64,000 bases of DNA from Malacoraja senta (taxonomy: Eukaryota): contig CM075997.1 of assembly GCA_038087875.1 (NCBI GenBank), forward strand, positions 5,582,001 through 5,646,000. The letters run 5' to 3'. This document shows, piece after piece, positions 37,345 to 49,834 of this stretch. The position numbers were made by a program, and so were the translations under genes. The notes below the pieces were generated by a model. The model did no database searches. It was not told where the DNA came from and saw only the letters and a program-made list of their open reading frames with translations. How positions within the stretch are numbered: the first letter of the stretch is position 1; each line of letters begins with the position of its first letter.

Positions 37345-40300
37345 GGGTAATCATGAGGGGTAACACCCTCGACCATTGCTACACGACCATCAAAGAGGCC
37401 TATCGCTCTATCCCTCGCCCGCACTTTGGTAAATCTGACCATACTGCGGTGCAGCTTCTTCCTGCCTACAGGCAGCAAGTGAAGAGAGCACCCCCAGAGG
37501 TGAGGATTGTACAGAGCTGGTCGGGGGGGCAGAGGAACAACTCCAGGACTGTTTGGGGTCTGTAGACTGGGCAGTGTGCAGGGACTTGGCAACGGACCTG
37601 AACAAATATGTCACAGTCGTTACAGACTTCATAAAGAAATGTGTGGAGGACTGCATCCCAACAAAAACCTTCCGAGTGTTTCCTAACCAGAAGCCTTGGA
37701 TGAACCATGAGATCCGCACTCTTCTGAAGTCCAGATCCCGGGCGTTCAGGTCTGGAGATACAGAGGTCTACAAGAAGTCCAGATACGACCTTGGCAAGGT
37801 AATCAAAAAGGCCAAAAGGGACTTCTGCTCCAAGCTGGAGGATGAGACGGATGTTCGGCAACTGTGGCAGGGCTTGAATGCCATCACCTCCTGTAAGGCG
37901 AAATCAGGAGGCAGCTCAAATGTCAGCGAAGCATCACTCCCTGACGAGCTCAATGCATTTTACGCACTTTGATAGGGAGAACACTGATGTGCCTTCCCGA
38001 GCCCCCATTCGCCATGACGGTATTTCAGTCACAGTCACAGAGGCCGACGTCAGAAGATCCTTCAGGGGGGTGAACCCTCGAAAAGCACCTGGACCTGATG
38101 GTATACCCGGTCGTGTTCTAAAAACATGTGCGGACCAACTGGCTGGAGTTTTTACGGACATTTTCAACCTCTCACTTCTGAGGTCTGTGATTCCCAACTG
38201 CTTTAAAAGGGCATCAATAATACCGGTGCCCAAGAAGAGCAAGGTGACGTGCCTCAATGACTATCGACCAGTGGCACTAACGTCTGTGGTGATGAAGTGC
38301 TTTGAGGGGTTGATTATGGCGCATATCAACTCCTACCTCGTCAAGAACCTGGACCCACTGCAGTTCGCTTACCGCCACAACAGATCAACGGTGGATACGA
38401 TCTCACTGGCCCTCCACTCCGCTCTGGACCACTTGGACAACAAAAACTCATATGTCAGGCTGTTATTCATCGACTACAGCTCGGCATTTAATACAATCAT
38501 CCCCTCCAAGCTGGTTACCAAACTCTCAGATCTGCGTCTCTGCGCATCCCTCTGCAATTGGATCCTCGACTTCCTCATCCACAGACCACAGTCTGTCCGT
38601 ATTGGTGGAAATGTGTCATCCTCGATAACAATCAGCACGGGAGCACCTCAAGGCTGCGTGCTCAGCCCCCTGCTGTACTCACTCTATACTCATGACTGCG
38701 TAGCTGGTCATAGTGCGAACTCCATCATCAAGTTCGCTGATGACACCACTGTTGTGGGACGAATCACTGATGGGGACGAGTCAGAGTATAGAAGTGAAAT
38801 CGACCGATTGACCAAATGGTGCCAGCACAATAACCTGGCTCTCAACACCAGCAAAACCAAGGAACTGATTGTGGGCTTTGGAACGGGTAGGATAGGGATC
38901 CACAATCCCGTTTATATCAACGGGACGATGGTGGAAAGGGTCAAGAACTTCAAATTCCTGGGCGTGCACATTTCCGAGGATCTTTCCTGGTCCCAGAACA
39001 CTGATGCAATTATAAAGAAAGCACATCAGCGCCTCTACTTCCTGAGGAGATTACGGAGAGTCAGTATGTCAAAGAGGACTCTCTCCAACTTCTACAGGTG
39101 CACAGTAGAGAGCATGCTGACTGTTGCATCGTGGCTTGGTTCGGCAACTTGAGGGTCCAGGAGCGGAAAAGACTGCAGAAAGTTGTAACCACTGCCCAGT
39201 CCATCATCGGCTGTGACCTCCCCACCATCGAAGGGATCTATCACAGTCGTTGCCTCAAAAAGGCAGCCAACATCATCAAGGACCCACACCATCCTGGCCA
39301 CACACTCATCTCTCCACTACCATCGGGCAGTAGGTACAGGAGCTTGAAATCTGGAACATCCAGGTTCAGAAACAGCTACTTCCCCACAGCCAACAGGCTA
39401 TTAAACTCACCAACAAACAGACTCTGAACTGTAACAACATATTGCACTTTATCTGTTTATTTATGTGTATATTGAACTGAACATAGAAACATAGAAACAT
39501 AGAAACATAGAAAATAGGTGCAGGAATAGGCCATTCGGCCCTTCGAGCCTGCACCGCCATTCAATATGATCATGGCTGATCATCCAACTCAGTATCCCAT
39601 CCCTGCCTTCTCTCCATACCCCCTGATCCCTTTAGCCACAAGGGCCACATCTAGCGAGTACAAGCCGAGTCTATCCAGTCTTTCTTCATATGAAAGTCCT
39701 GACATCCCAGGAATCAGTCTGGTGAACCTTCTCTGCACTCCCTCTATGGCAAGAATGTCTTTCCTCAGATTTGGAGACCAAAACTGTACGCAATACTCCA
39801 GGTGTGGTCTCACCAAGACCCTGTACAACTGCAGTAGAACCTCCCTGCTCCTATACTCAAATCCTTTTGCTATGAATGCTAACATACCATTCGCTTTCTT
39901 CACTGCCTGCTGCACCTGCATGCCTACTTTCAATGACCGGTGTACCATGACACCCAGGTCTCATTGCATCTCCCCTTTTCCTCATTGGCCACCATTCAGA
40001 TAATAGTCTACTTTCCTGTTTTTGCCGCCAAAGTGGAGAACCTCACAATTATCCACATTATACTGCATCTGCCATGCATTTGCCCATTCACCCACCCTAT
40101 CCAAGTCACCTTGCAGCCTCCTAGCATCCTCCTCACAGCTAACACTGCCCCCCAGCTTCGTGTCATCCGCAAACTTGGAGATGTTGCATTCAATTCCCTC
40201 GTCCAAATCATTAATATATATAGTAAATAGCTGGGGTCCCAGCACTGAGCCTTGCGGTACCCCACTAGTCACTGCCTGCCATTGTGAAAAGGACCCGTTT

Positions 40301-42095
40301 ACTCCTACTCTTTGCTTCCTGTCTGCCAGCCAGTTCTCTATCCACATCAATACTGAACCCCCAATACCGTGTGCTTTAAGTTTGTATACTAATCTCTTAT
40401 GTGGGACCTTGTCAAAAGCCTTCTGAAAGTCCAGATATAACACATCCACTGGTTCTCCCTTATCCACTCTACTAGTTACATCCTCAAAAAATTCTATAAG
40501 ATTCGTCAGACATGGTTTACCTTTCGTAAATCCATGCTTAGTTTGTCCAATGATTTCACCACTTTCCAAATGTGCTGCTATCCCATCTTTAATAACTGAC
40601 TCTAACAGTTTCCCCACTACCGATGTTAGACTAACTGGTCTGTAATTCCCCGTTTTCTCTCTCCCTCCCTTTTTAAAAAAGTAGGGTTACATTAGCTACC
40701 CTCCAATCCTCAGGAACTACTCCAGAATCTAAGGAGTTTTGAAAAATTATCACTAATGCATCCACTATTTCTGGGGCTACTTCCTTAAGTACTCTGGGAT
40801 GCAGCCTATCTGGCCCTGGGGATTTATCGGCCTTTAATCCATTCAATTTACCTAACACCACTTCCCGGCTAACCTGGATTTCACTCAGTTCCTCCATCTC
40901 ATTTGACCCCCGGTCCCCTGCTATTTCCGGCAGATTATTTATGTCTTCCTTAGTGAAGACAGAACCAAAGTAGTTATTCAATTGGTCTGCCATGTCCTTG
41001 TTCCCCATGATCAATTCACCTGTTTCTGACTGCAAGGGACCTACATTTGTTTTAACTAATCTCTTTCTCTTCACATATCTATAAAAACTTTTGCAGTCAG
41101 TTTTTATGTTCCCTGCCAGTTTCCTTTCATAATCTATTTTCCCTTTCCTAATTAAGCCCTTTGTCCTCCTCTGCTGTCTCTGAATTTCTCCCAGTCCTCT
41201 GGTAGGCTGCTTTTTCTTGCTAATTTGTACGCTTCATCTTTTGTTTTGATACTATCTCTGATTTTCCTTGTTATCCATGGATGCACTACCTTCCCTGAAT
41301 TATTCTTTTGCCAAACTGGGATGAACAGTTGTTGTAGTTCATCCATGCAGTCTTTAAATGGCTTCCATTGCAATATCCACCGTCAACCCTTTAAGAATCA
41401 ATTGCCAGTAAATCTTGGCTAATTCACGTCTCATACCCTCAAAGTTACCTTTCTTTAAGTTCAGAACCCTTGTTTCTGAATTAACAATGTCACTCTCCAT
41501 CCTAATGAAGAACTCAACCATATTATGGTCACTCTTGCCCAAGGGGCCACGCACAACAAGACTGCTAACTAACCCTTCCTCATTACTCAATACCCAGTCT
41601 AGAATAGCCTGCTCTCTCGTTGGTTCCTCTACATGTTGGTTTAGAAAGCTATCCCGCATACATTCCAAGAAATCCTCTTCCTCAGCACCCCTGCCAATTT
41701 GATTCACCCAATCTATATGTAGATTGAAGTCACCCATTATAACTGTTTTACCTTTGTTGCATGCATTTCTAATTTCCTGTTTGATGCCATCCCCAACTCC
41801 ACTACTACTATTAGGTGACCTCTACACAACTCCCACTAGCGTTTTCTGCCCCTTAGTGTTTCGCAGCTCTACCCATATCGATTCCACATCCTCCAAGCTA
41901 ATGTCCTTCGTTTCTATTGTGGTAATCTCCTCTCTAACCAGCAACGCTACCCCACCTCCTTTTCCTTTCTGTCTATCCCAGCGAACTGTTCTGTATTTTT
42001 GTTTACAATACTCTGTTGTGCTGCAGCAAGCAAGAATTTCATTGTCCTATCTGGGACACATGACAATAAATTCTCTTGACTCTTGACCTGACTTG
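37345..42095 (+). mobile_element. Rex1/Babar LINE (APE end and RT); 3' UTR split by a CR1 at 39481-41980
   Basis: TLDHCY...[32 protein letters not shown] and FADD in ORFs 37353-39427. Tail resumes at 41981 and ends in (CTTGA)-like repeats. Confidence 0.93.
39481..41980 (-). mobile_element. CR1 LINE, 5'-truncated, frameshifted, with internal deletion
   Basis: ORFs 41354..41737, 40673..41074, 39982..40617 and 39589..39948. (TTTCTATG)n tail. Confidence 0.95.
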
Positions 42096-42280
42096 ACACT
42101 GGCCTGGAAAAAAAATGGAATGCAGACACACCCATGGACATTGAATAGGGAGCAGATTCAGGGTTGTTAGTCCTACAAAAAAGACACAAAGTGCTGGAGT
42201 AACTCAGTGGGTCAGGCAGTATCTCTGGAGAACATGGACAGGTGACATTCCAGGCCGAGTCCCTTCTTCACACTGATTCA

Positions 42281-43433
42281 TATGTCAGGCTGTTATTCAT
42301 CGATTACAGCTCGGCATTTAACACAATCATCCCCTCCAAGCTGGTTACCAAACTCGCAGAACTGGGTCTCTGCGCATCCCTCTGCAATTGGATCCTCGAC
42401 TTCCTCACTCTCAGACCACAGTCTGTTCGTATTGGTGGAAATGTGTCAGACTCGATAACAATTAGCACGGGAGCACCTCAAGGCTGCGTGCTCAGTCCCC
42501 TGCTGTACTCACTCTATACTCATGACTGCGTAGCCGGACATAGTGCGAACTCCATCATCAAGTTCGCTGATGACACCACTGTTGTGGGACGTATCACCGA
42601 TGGGGATGAGTCAGAGTATAGAAGAGAGATCGAGCAACTGTCCATATGGTGTCAGCACAACAACCTGGCCCTCAACACCAGCAAAACCAAGGAACTGATT
42701 GTGGACTTTGGAAGGAGTAGGATGGGGACCCACAGTCCCGTTTATATCAACGGGTCGATGGTTGAAAGGGTCAAGAGCTTCAAATTCCTGGGCGTGCACA
42801 TCTCTGAAGATCTTTCCTGGTCCGAGAACAATGATGCCATTATTAAGAAAGCACATCAGCGCCTCTACTTCCTGAGAAGATTACGGAGAGTCGGTTTGTC
42901 AAGGAGGACTCTCTCTAACTTCTACAGGTGCACAGTAGAGAGCATGCTGATCGGTTGCATCGTGGCTTGGTTCGGCAACTTGAGTGCCCTGGAGAGGAAA
43001 AGACTACAGAAAGTAGTAAACACTGCCCAGTCCATCATCGGCTCTGACCTCCCTTCCATCGAGGGGATCTACCACAGTCGCTGCCTCAAAAAGGCTGGCA
43101 GCATCATCAAGGACCCACACCATCCTGGCCACACACTCATCTCCCTGCTACCTTCAGGTAGAAGGTACAGGAGCCTGAAGACTGCAACGACCAGGTTCAG
43201 GAACAGCTACTTCCCCACAGCCATCAGGCTATTAAACCTGGCTCGGACATAACACTGAACTTTACTAGCCAATACTGTTATTTGCACTTTATCAGTATAT
43301 TGACCATTGTGTATATATTTATAGAATGCCTTGTAGTAAATGCCTACTATGTTCTGTTGTGCTCAAGCAAAGCAAGAATTTCATTGTCCTACCAGGGACA
43401 CATGACAATAAACTCACTTGACTTGACTTGACT
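42281..43433 (+). mobile_element. Young 5'-truncated Rex1/Babar insertion with 7-bp TSD
   Basis: Uninterrupted RT ORF to 43252 and (GACTT)n tail. TGATTCA at both 42274-42280 and 43434-43440. Confidence 0.93.
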
Positions 43434-43589
43434 TGATTCAGTCTGATTCAGTCTGAAGAGGGGTCCTGACCCAAAACCTTATTTCCATGTTTTCCACAGA
43501 CTCTTACTCCAGCACTTTGTGTCTTTTTTTTTGTAAACCAGCATGTGCAGTTCCTTGTTTCTACATAGTTAAGACTACACTTCAGTGTT

Positions 43590-43906
43590 TGGCGACACAG
43601 TGGCGCAGCGGTAGCGTGCTGCCATGCAGCGCTTGCAGCGCCGGAGACCCAGGTTTGATCCAGACTTCGGGTGCTATCTGCACGTAGTTTGTACGTTCTT
43701 CCTGTGACCTGCGAGGGTTTTCTCCGAGATCTCCGGTTTCCTCCCACACATGCAGGTATGTAGATAAATTGGCTTGGTAAAAAAGTTAAATTTGTCCCTA
43801 GTGTGCGTAGGATAGTGTTAATATGCAAGGATCGCTGGTCGGCGCAGACCCAGTGGGCAGAAGGGCCTGTTTCTGTGCTGTATCTCTAAACTAAACTAAA
43901 CTAAAC
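43590..43906 (+). mobile_element. HE1-like V-SINE
   Basis: tRNA-like head and (CTAAA)4 tail. Confidence 0.85.
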
Positions 43907-43964
43907 TCAATTTCCCTCTGTATTTTACATTTCCATAGCTTCCTTTGGAAAAAAGGCAGAACAG

Positions 43965-44107
43965 TATTTGTCACAGGGCGGACACATCAGCCATCCTAGT
44001 TATTTGTCACAGAGCGGACACATCAGCCATCCTAGTTATTGTCACAGGGCGGACACATCAGCCATCCTAGTTATTTGTCACAGAGCGGACACATCAGCCG
44101 TCCTAGT
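43965..44107. repeat. Minisatellite, 36-bp unit x4
   Basis: TATTTGTCACAG(G/A)GCGGACACATCAGCCATCCTAGT repeated head to tail. Confidence 0.95.
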
Positions 44108-44194
44108 TACGATCACAAAAACATGAAATTGCACCTTGATCTTTTAGCATTCAATATGCAATGCAGATGTCCCTGTGGTTACACAGTTTCATAA

Positions 44195-44418
44195 AGGGCC
44201 TGTCCCACTTGGGTGTCATTTGCGCGTCACGCAGGTGGCGCGCGAAGATTTTGTGAATCCCAAAATCCTGGGGCACCGCGCATGACCGTGCGTTGCTGCC
44301 TACGTCACCACGCATCATGCGTGCGTAATGCACGCCATGCGCACATCGTGCGTCGTGACGCGTAAATGATGTCGCGTAAATGATGTCGCTTAAATGACGC
44401 CCAAGTGGGACAGGCCCT
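44195..44418. mobile_element. Harbinger-like MITE (224 bp)
   Basis: TIRs AGGGCCTGTCCCACTTGGG...CCCAAGTGGGACAGGCCCT, flanked by TAA and TTA. Confidence 0.88.
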
Positions 44419-44903
44419 TTAGTTCAGAAATTACAGGAGCAGAATTAGGCAATTCAGCCCATCGTCTATTCTGCCATTCAATCATGGCTGATCAATCTCT
44501 CCCTCTAAATCTCATTCTCCTGCCTTCTCCCCGTACCAATCAAGTGGGATAGTTTGAACAGCGAGAACAGTTTGATTGAAAAGTAACAGTTTTCTCAAGA
44601 TACTGGAAAGGAAATATGTCTGTGACTTGCCAAATTACTGTGGAGATGAAACATAGGTGACGTGGTTTTTAAAAAAATATTTGGAGTGTGTTGTATCATT
44701 CTGTTCATGAGATTTAAGCGACTCTTCAACCTGTCAATGCACTGATGTATCCGGGTTCGACGCCAGCAAAAGCAAAAATGTTTATTGTGGCTGTGAGTGG
44801 AGGTTGAGATTTATGTGTTTCCGTTTAGTGTGCAGTTTTTGATTTACAGAACCACGGCTTTGCTGCACAGTGTGTGTCAGTGCAATGCATTGGCACTGTG
44901 CAT

Positions 44904-45710
44904 TCGCTGCTTGGTCCCTGTCTTCGCTGGTTTGTGATTCTGTGTGGGCGTGAAGTAGGTCTTCACATTCATCATCCCAACAGGGACCATAGGCTTTACG
45001 TACACCGCGGGGGATGATCTTCTTGGCGGCGGCCAGCAGCATCTTGCAGTATGAGTTGTAGGCATTGTTCAGGTTGGTGGGGCGTGGGTGTGGGAGGCCA
45101 GCGGCTGCCTTATTCACTTGTTGTGTGAAGCCCACCCAGTTTGCTTTCCGGAAATTCCACCTCTGGACATCTTTCCCTTCCGCAGGCTGGACCAGAGATG
45201 GAATGGTTATGAGCGATGGTCGATGGTGTGACCTGGGAAACCTGTCCAGGATACGTCTTACTGGGAGCGGTTCGTTGTTGCGACATTTTGTGAAGGCCAG
45301 GTCCGGGTTGGTGGTGCTGTCCCAGCGTGCAGAGTAGAAAGTGCGTGGCTCCTTTGGGTCGTATAGGAGTGTTGCATCGGTGGTCGAGGCCCATTCTGCC
45401 AGGAAGTCGCCGTCAGCGTTGGAGCTGCTGTATGCCCAGTCTGTATGATGGCTGTTGAAGTCACCAGCATACACGGCAGGGGCTGGGACATCTGGCAGAG
45501 ATGTTGGGACCAACCTCCTCGGAGGCGGCTTGTAAATGTTGACGATGGTAGTGTCTTGCACTTTGGTTGTGATCCATTCTACCTCTGCATCCTCTGCGGA
45601 CTGTTCTATGGCTGACCAGGCCATGTCGTTCCGAACGAACGTAGCTATGCCATGATGTTTGTCGGCGGTGTGACCCGCCAGGGTTTACCCAGGAAGTTTC
45701 AGGAAGTTCT
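44904..45710 (-). pseudogene. AP endonuclease domain of the Vingi-like element (inverted)
   Basis: KHHGIATFV, NIYKPP, AGDFNSHH, NPDL, SHHRP and WNFRKANW. One in-frame stop near 45685. Confidence 0.85.
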
Positions 45711-47267
45711 TGCCTAGCGATGACCCCAAGGGATACCGACCCATCTCACTGCTGTGTGTTCCATACAAGCTCCTGGAACGTCTCCTCCACACATGTCTCA
45801 ATCCAGTGAACGACCCCCAGCTGCCTAAAGAACAGGCTGGCTTCCGAAGCGGTAGGTCAACGGCGGACCAGGTGACCCTCCTGTGCCAAGACATAGAGGA
45901 CAGCTTCCAGGCAGGGGTGAAGGCTGGCGTTGTCTTCTTGGACCTCACAGCTGCATATGATACTGTCTGGCTGTGTGGACTACACATGAAGCTTCTGGAA
46001 ACCATCCCAGACAAGCACATGGTGAGCTTCATCATGGAGATGCTGAGTAACTGCAGCTTCAGGCTACACACCAGCAATGGGCAATGCAGCAGGGTGAGGA
46101 AACTTAAGAACAGCGTCCATCAGGGCTCAGTGCTGACACTAATGCTGTTCAACATCTCCATCCATGACCTGCCTGCAACCCAGTCAAAGAAGTATGGCTA
46201 TGCTGGTGACCTGGCCATCCTACTTAGTAAGCCATCCTGGGAAGCAGCAGAAGAGGGCCTCACTGAAGACATGAACATCCTGTCTTCATACCTGAGGAAC
46301 TGGCGCCTCAAGCTCAGCATGGGTAAGACAACATCTTCAATGTTCCGCCTCAACAACAGGGAAGCGTCCCGCGAGATGAACGTCATGGTGGATAACGCCC
46401 GGTTACGGTCCCAGCCCGTCCCCACGTACCTCGGTGTGAAGCTCGACAGAACGTTGTCATTCATACAACACCTGGAAGGTGCCAAGGCAAAGACAAGCAC
46501 CCGTGCCCCACTGATTCGCCGCCTAGCCGTCACCACATGGGGAGCCACGACGAAGACACTGCGCATGTCCACAGTGGCCCTGGTGTTCTCAGCCGCCGAG
46601 TACTCCGCCCCGGTCTGGTGCCGTAGCCCTCACGCCAAGAAGCTGGATGCTGCCCTCAACAGCGCCCTGCGGACTGTCTCCGGATGCCTACGAGCCACCC
46701 CAGTAAACCAACTGCCCGTCCTCGCTGCCATCGCCCCAGCCAACATCAGACGAGAAGCAGCCACGCTGGCCCTCACTCGAAAGGCACAGACCAGTGAATC
46801 CCACCTCCTCCATCAGATCGTCACAGAGACACCACGACGAGTGAGCCTCAAGTCACGGCACCCCTTTGCCACGCAAGCCCAAGAGCTGCTCTGCACAACA
46901 CCGGCTGACGCTTCCAAGGCCGCCTGGGTCAAGATGAGATGGAGAGACCAGTGGAAGTCAGCGGAACCATCTAGGCTACACCATTACATCGATGACCCCA
47001 TGGACGTCCCTGGCCAGGACCTGCCCCGAAAGCAGTGGACAACCCTCAACCGCTTGAGGACAGGCATCGGACGCTATGGAGTAGCGATGAAGAGGTGGGG
47101 CCTCGTGGACAGCGAGTGCCTCCTGCGAGTGTGGGGACCCAACACAGACAGTGGAGCACATAGTCACCAGTTGCCCCAAACACCGGCCACCAAATGGTGA
47201 ACGAGGTCTGATTGACCTGGACGATGACACGTTGGCCTGGCTCGCCTCAACGGAGCTGCAGGTCTAA
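45711..47267 (+). pseudogene. RT and C-terminal zinc-knuckle region of the Vingi-like element
   Basis: YRPISLL, QAGFR and QGSVL. Catalytic YADD is changed to YAGD. A frameshift precedes the CCHC motif. Confidence 0.88.
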
Positions 47268-47684
47268 AAGACACATGACAGAAGCAGAAGGCACTGTGCA
47301 TGGAAGTATAGAATGCGCTGACATGCTGCACCCCTGCAATCAGCCCCTCTGAGCCGGCCATTGTTGGTTTCTTTGGGTGATTTTTCTTTTCAACTCTCTT
47401 TTCATTCTCTCGCAACTCTCTACATCCAGAGAGTCCAAGACTGAGAGGTGACCTGATAATGGATTACGATACGATACGATAGATCTAATGAACAAACCAG
47501 AGTTGGAGTAATTCTCGCAGAGATCTGCTCGGTTCCATCCACTCCCACCGTTGAGTTAATAGTCGCTGCTCGGGCATTGGTTGCACCGTTGCCGATGGAG
47601 ATTTTAGACCAGAGTAAGGATCAGAATGTAGAACAGTACAGAACAAGAACAGGCCCTTCGGCCCAGCAGGTCTGGGCTGACCAT

Positions 47685-48105
47685 GATACGATACAATACG
47701 ATAGAACTTTATTTATCCCAAGAGGGAAATTGATCTGCTAACAGTCACAAAAACACAAAATACATGAAACATGAAATTAAAGTGACGAATGGAAAGGATT
47801 GGGGATGTGCAAAGATTGGGGGGGGGGGGGGGAGTCAGTCTCAGTCGACCCCACGACAGAGGGGGAGGAGTAGTACAGTTTGATAGCCACAGGGAAGAAG
47901 GATCTCCTGTGGCGTTCTGTGCTGCATCTTGGTGGGACCCGTCTGTTGCTGAAGGTGCTCCTCAGGTTGACCAGTGTGTCATGGAGGGGGTGAGCTGTAT
48001 TGTCCAGGATGCTCCGCAGTTTGAGTCCCATGAATCCAACTGCACCCCCAAGATGGAACCGGCCTTCCTGATGAGTGTGTTGATCCTATTGGCGTCCGCG
48101 GCCTT
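47685..48105 (-). mobile_element. Rex1-type 3' fragment of a different subfamily
   Basis: SILDNTAHPLH...TERHRRSFFPVAIKLY (ORF 47777..48031). Confidence 0.8.
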
Positions 48106-48792
48106 TGCAGTTTATAAGAAGTTTATCAAATTATGAGAGGTAGGGTAGACATTCAGAAACTTTTTCCCAGGGTGGAAATGTCAAAGGCGAGAGGGGAAAA
48201 GTTTAAAGAAGATGTGCAAGGAAAGATTTTCACACAGAGAGTGGTGAGGGTCTGGAACACGCACCCAGGGGTGGTGATGGAGGCAGGTACATTAGTGGCG
48301 TTTAAGAGGCTTTTAGATAGGCATATTGGTATTCTGTTCCTGTGATAGACAGGAGTAACTGTGGTAAAGCTGGAGTAACTCAGCGGGTCAGACAGCATCT
48401 CTGGAGGAAATGAATAGGTGACGTTTCATGTCGAGGTCAGACCCGCTGAGTTGTTCCAGCTTTTTGTATTTACCTTTGGTTTAAACCAGCATCTGCAGTT
48501 TCTTCCAACATATTCTGTTCCTTTGTTGTACTTTGCTATTGAAGATAGATACAAAAAGCTAGAGTAACTCTGCGGGACAGATAGCATCTCTGGAGAAAGG
48601 GAATAGGTGCATGATACCTTTAATTGCATTAAGATGGCTCTGGAGTCCCACATGCACCAGACTAGGTGGATGTGTCCAAAGGGGGGAAGAGACAGATACT
48701 CTGAGCTGGAGACATTGGCTAAGTAAAGAGATGTTGGCATGGAAGTGAGTTTCAATCAACAGCTCAGTGAGAACAAGGAGGGCAGAATAGGT

Positions 48793-48820
48793 GACGTTTC
48801 GGGTCGAGACCCTTCTTCAG
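48793..48820 (-). ncRNA. Minimal hammerhead-ribozyme-like core
   Basis: Reverse complement reads CTGAAGA-A-GGGTC-TC-GACCC-GAAAC-GTC. Flanks GGGT/ACCT could form a 4-bp helix I. Confidence 0.55.
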
Positions 48821-49194
48821 ACCCTTTTGGGAGGTTATCTGGAACACTTTGTATGTGTCATCGACTGCTCAAACAACAAGCATTTCGCAGATTTATTTCA
48901 AAACAACCCTACAAAAGTGCATTGCTTAAATCTCCAATTTACCGTACACATTTCTGGTCACCTAGAGAAAGATTGGATTGGGTTAGATACATCCGTCTGA
49001 GAATCCCCCTGTATCTGCAGTTGGAATAAGAGGACAAATTAGTTCAGACAGAGAAGCCTCAGGTGCTGCCGGGGAGAGGGGTGTCAATGCTGGAAGGTGG
49101 GGTGTATTCAGATAAGGACCGATCAGGTGAAGGCCGATGGTTCTGTGTGATCAATACTTTATGTATTGGGCAGACTTGGCAGACAGGCAGCATG

Positions 49195-49822
49195 CAATAC
49201 ACCAGTCACTGAAAGTTGGCGTGCAGGTACACCAGGCAGTGAAGAAAGCTAATAGAATGTTGGCCTTCACAACAAGAGGATTTCAGTACAGGAGTATAGA
49301 GGTTCTTCTGCAGTTGTATAGAGCTCTGGTAAGACCACATCTGGAGTATTGCGCACAATTTTGGTCTCCTAATTTGAGGAAGGACATCCTTGTGATTGAG
49401 GCAGTGCAGCGTAGGTTCACAAGATTGATCCCTGGGATGGCGGGACTGTCATATGAGGAATTGAAAAGACCAGGCTTGTATTCACTGGCGTTTAGAAGGA
49501 TGAGGGGGATCTTATAGAAACATATAAAATTATAAAAGGACTGGACAAGCTAGATGCAGGAAAAAATTTCCCAATGTTGGGAGAGTCCAGAACCAGGGGC
49601 CACAGTCTTAGAATAAAGGGGAGGCCATTTAAGACTGAGGTGAGAAAGAAACGTTTTCACCCAGAGAGTTGTGAATTTGATGGAATCAAGGGATATGGGG
49701 AGAAGGCAGGCACGGGTTATTGATTGGGGACGATCAGCCATGATCACAATGAATTGCGGTGCTGGCTCGAAGGGCCGAATGGCCTCCTCCTGCACCTATT
49801 TTCTATGTTTCTATGTTTCTAA
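49195..49822 (+). mobile_element. CR1 3' fragment
   Basis: LVRPHLEYCAQFWSP and (TTTCTATG)n tail. Confidence 0.9.
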
Positions 49823-49834
49823 TATCAAGATCAT

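Larger units (their letters stand above)
44904..47289. mobile_element. Vingi (Ingi-related) LINE with inverted 5' segment, bounded by a 12-bp TSD
   Basis: APE on the minus strand (~44904-45710). RT on the plus strand (45710..47200; DLTAAYDTVW, LNRLRTG, frameshifted CECG...QTVEHIVTSCP...WL). GAA-like tail. GGCACTGTGCAT at 44892-44903 and 47290-47301. Confidence 0.88.

Noticed and set aside
43965..44107. 36-bp repeats as a CRISPR array
   Set aside because: The repeats are contiguous with no unique spacers, there are no cas genes, and the context is eukaryotic.
49020..49100. Collagen-like exon (GIRGQI...GAAGERGVN)
   Set aside because: The Gly-X-Y periodicity is broken and the donor is weak.
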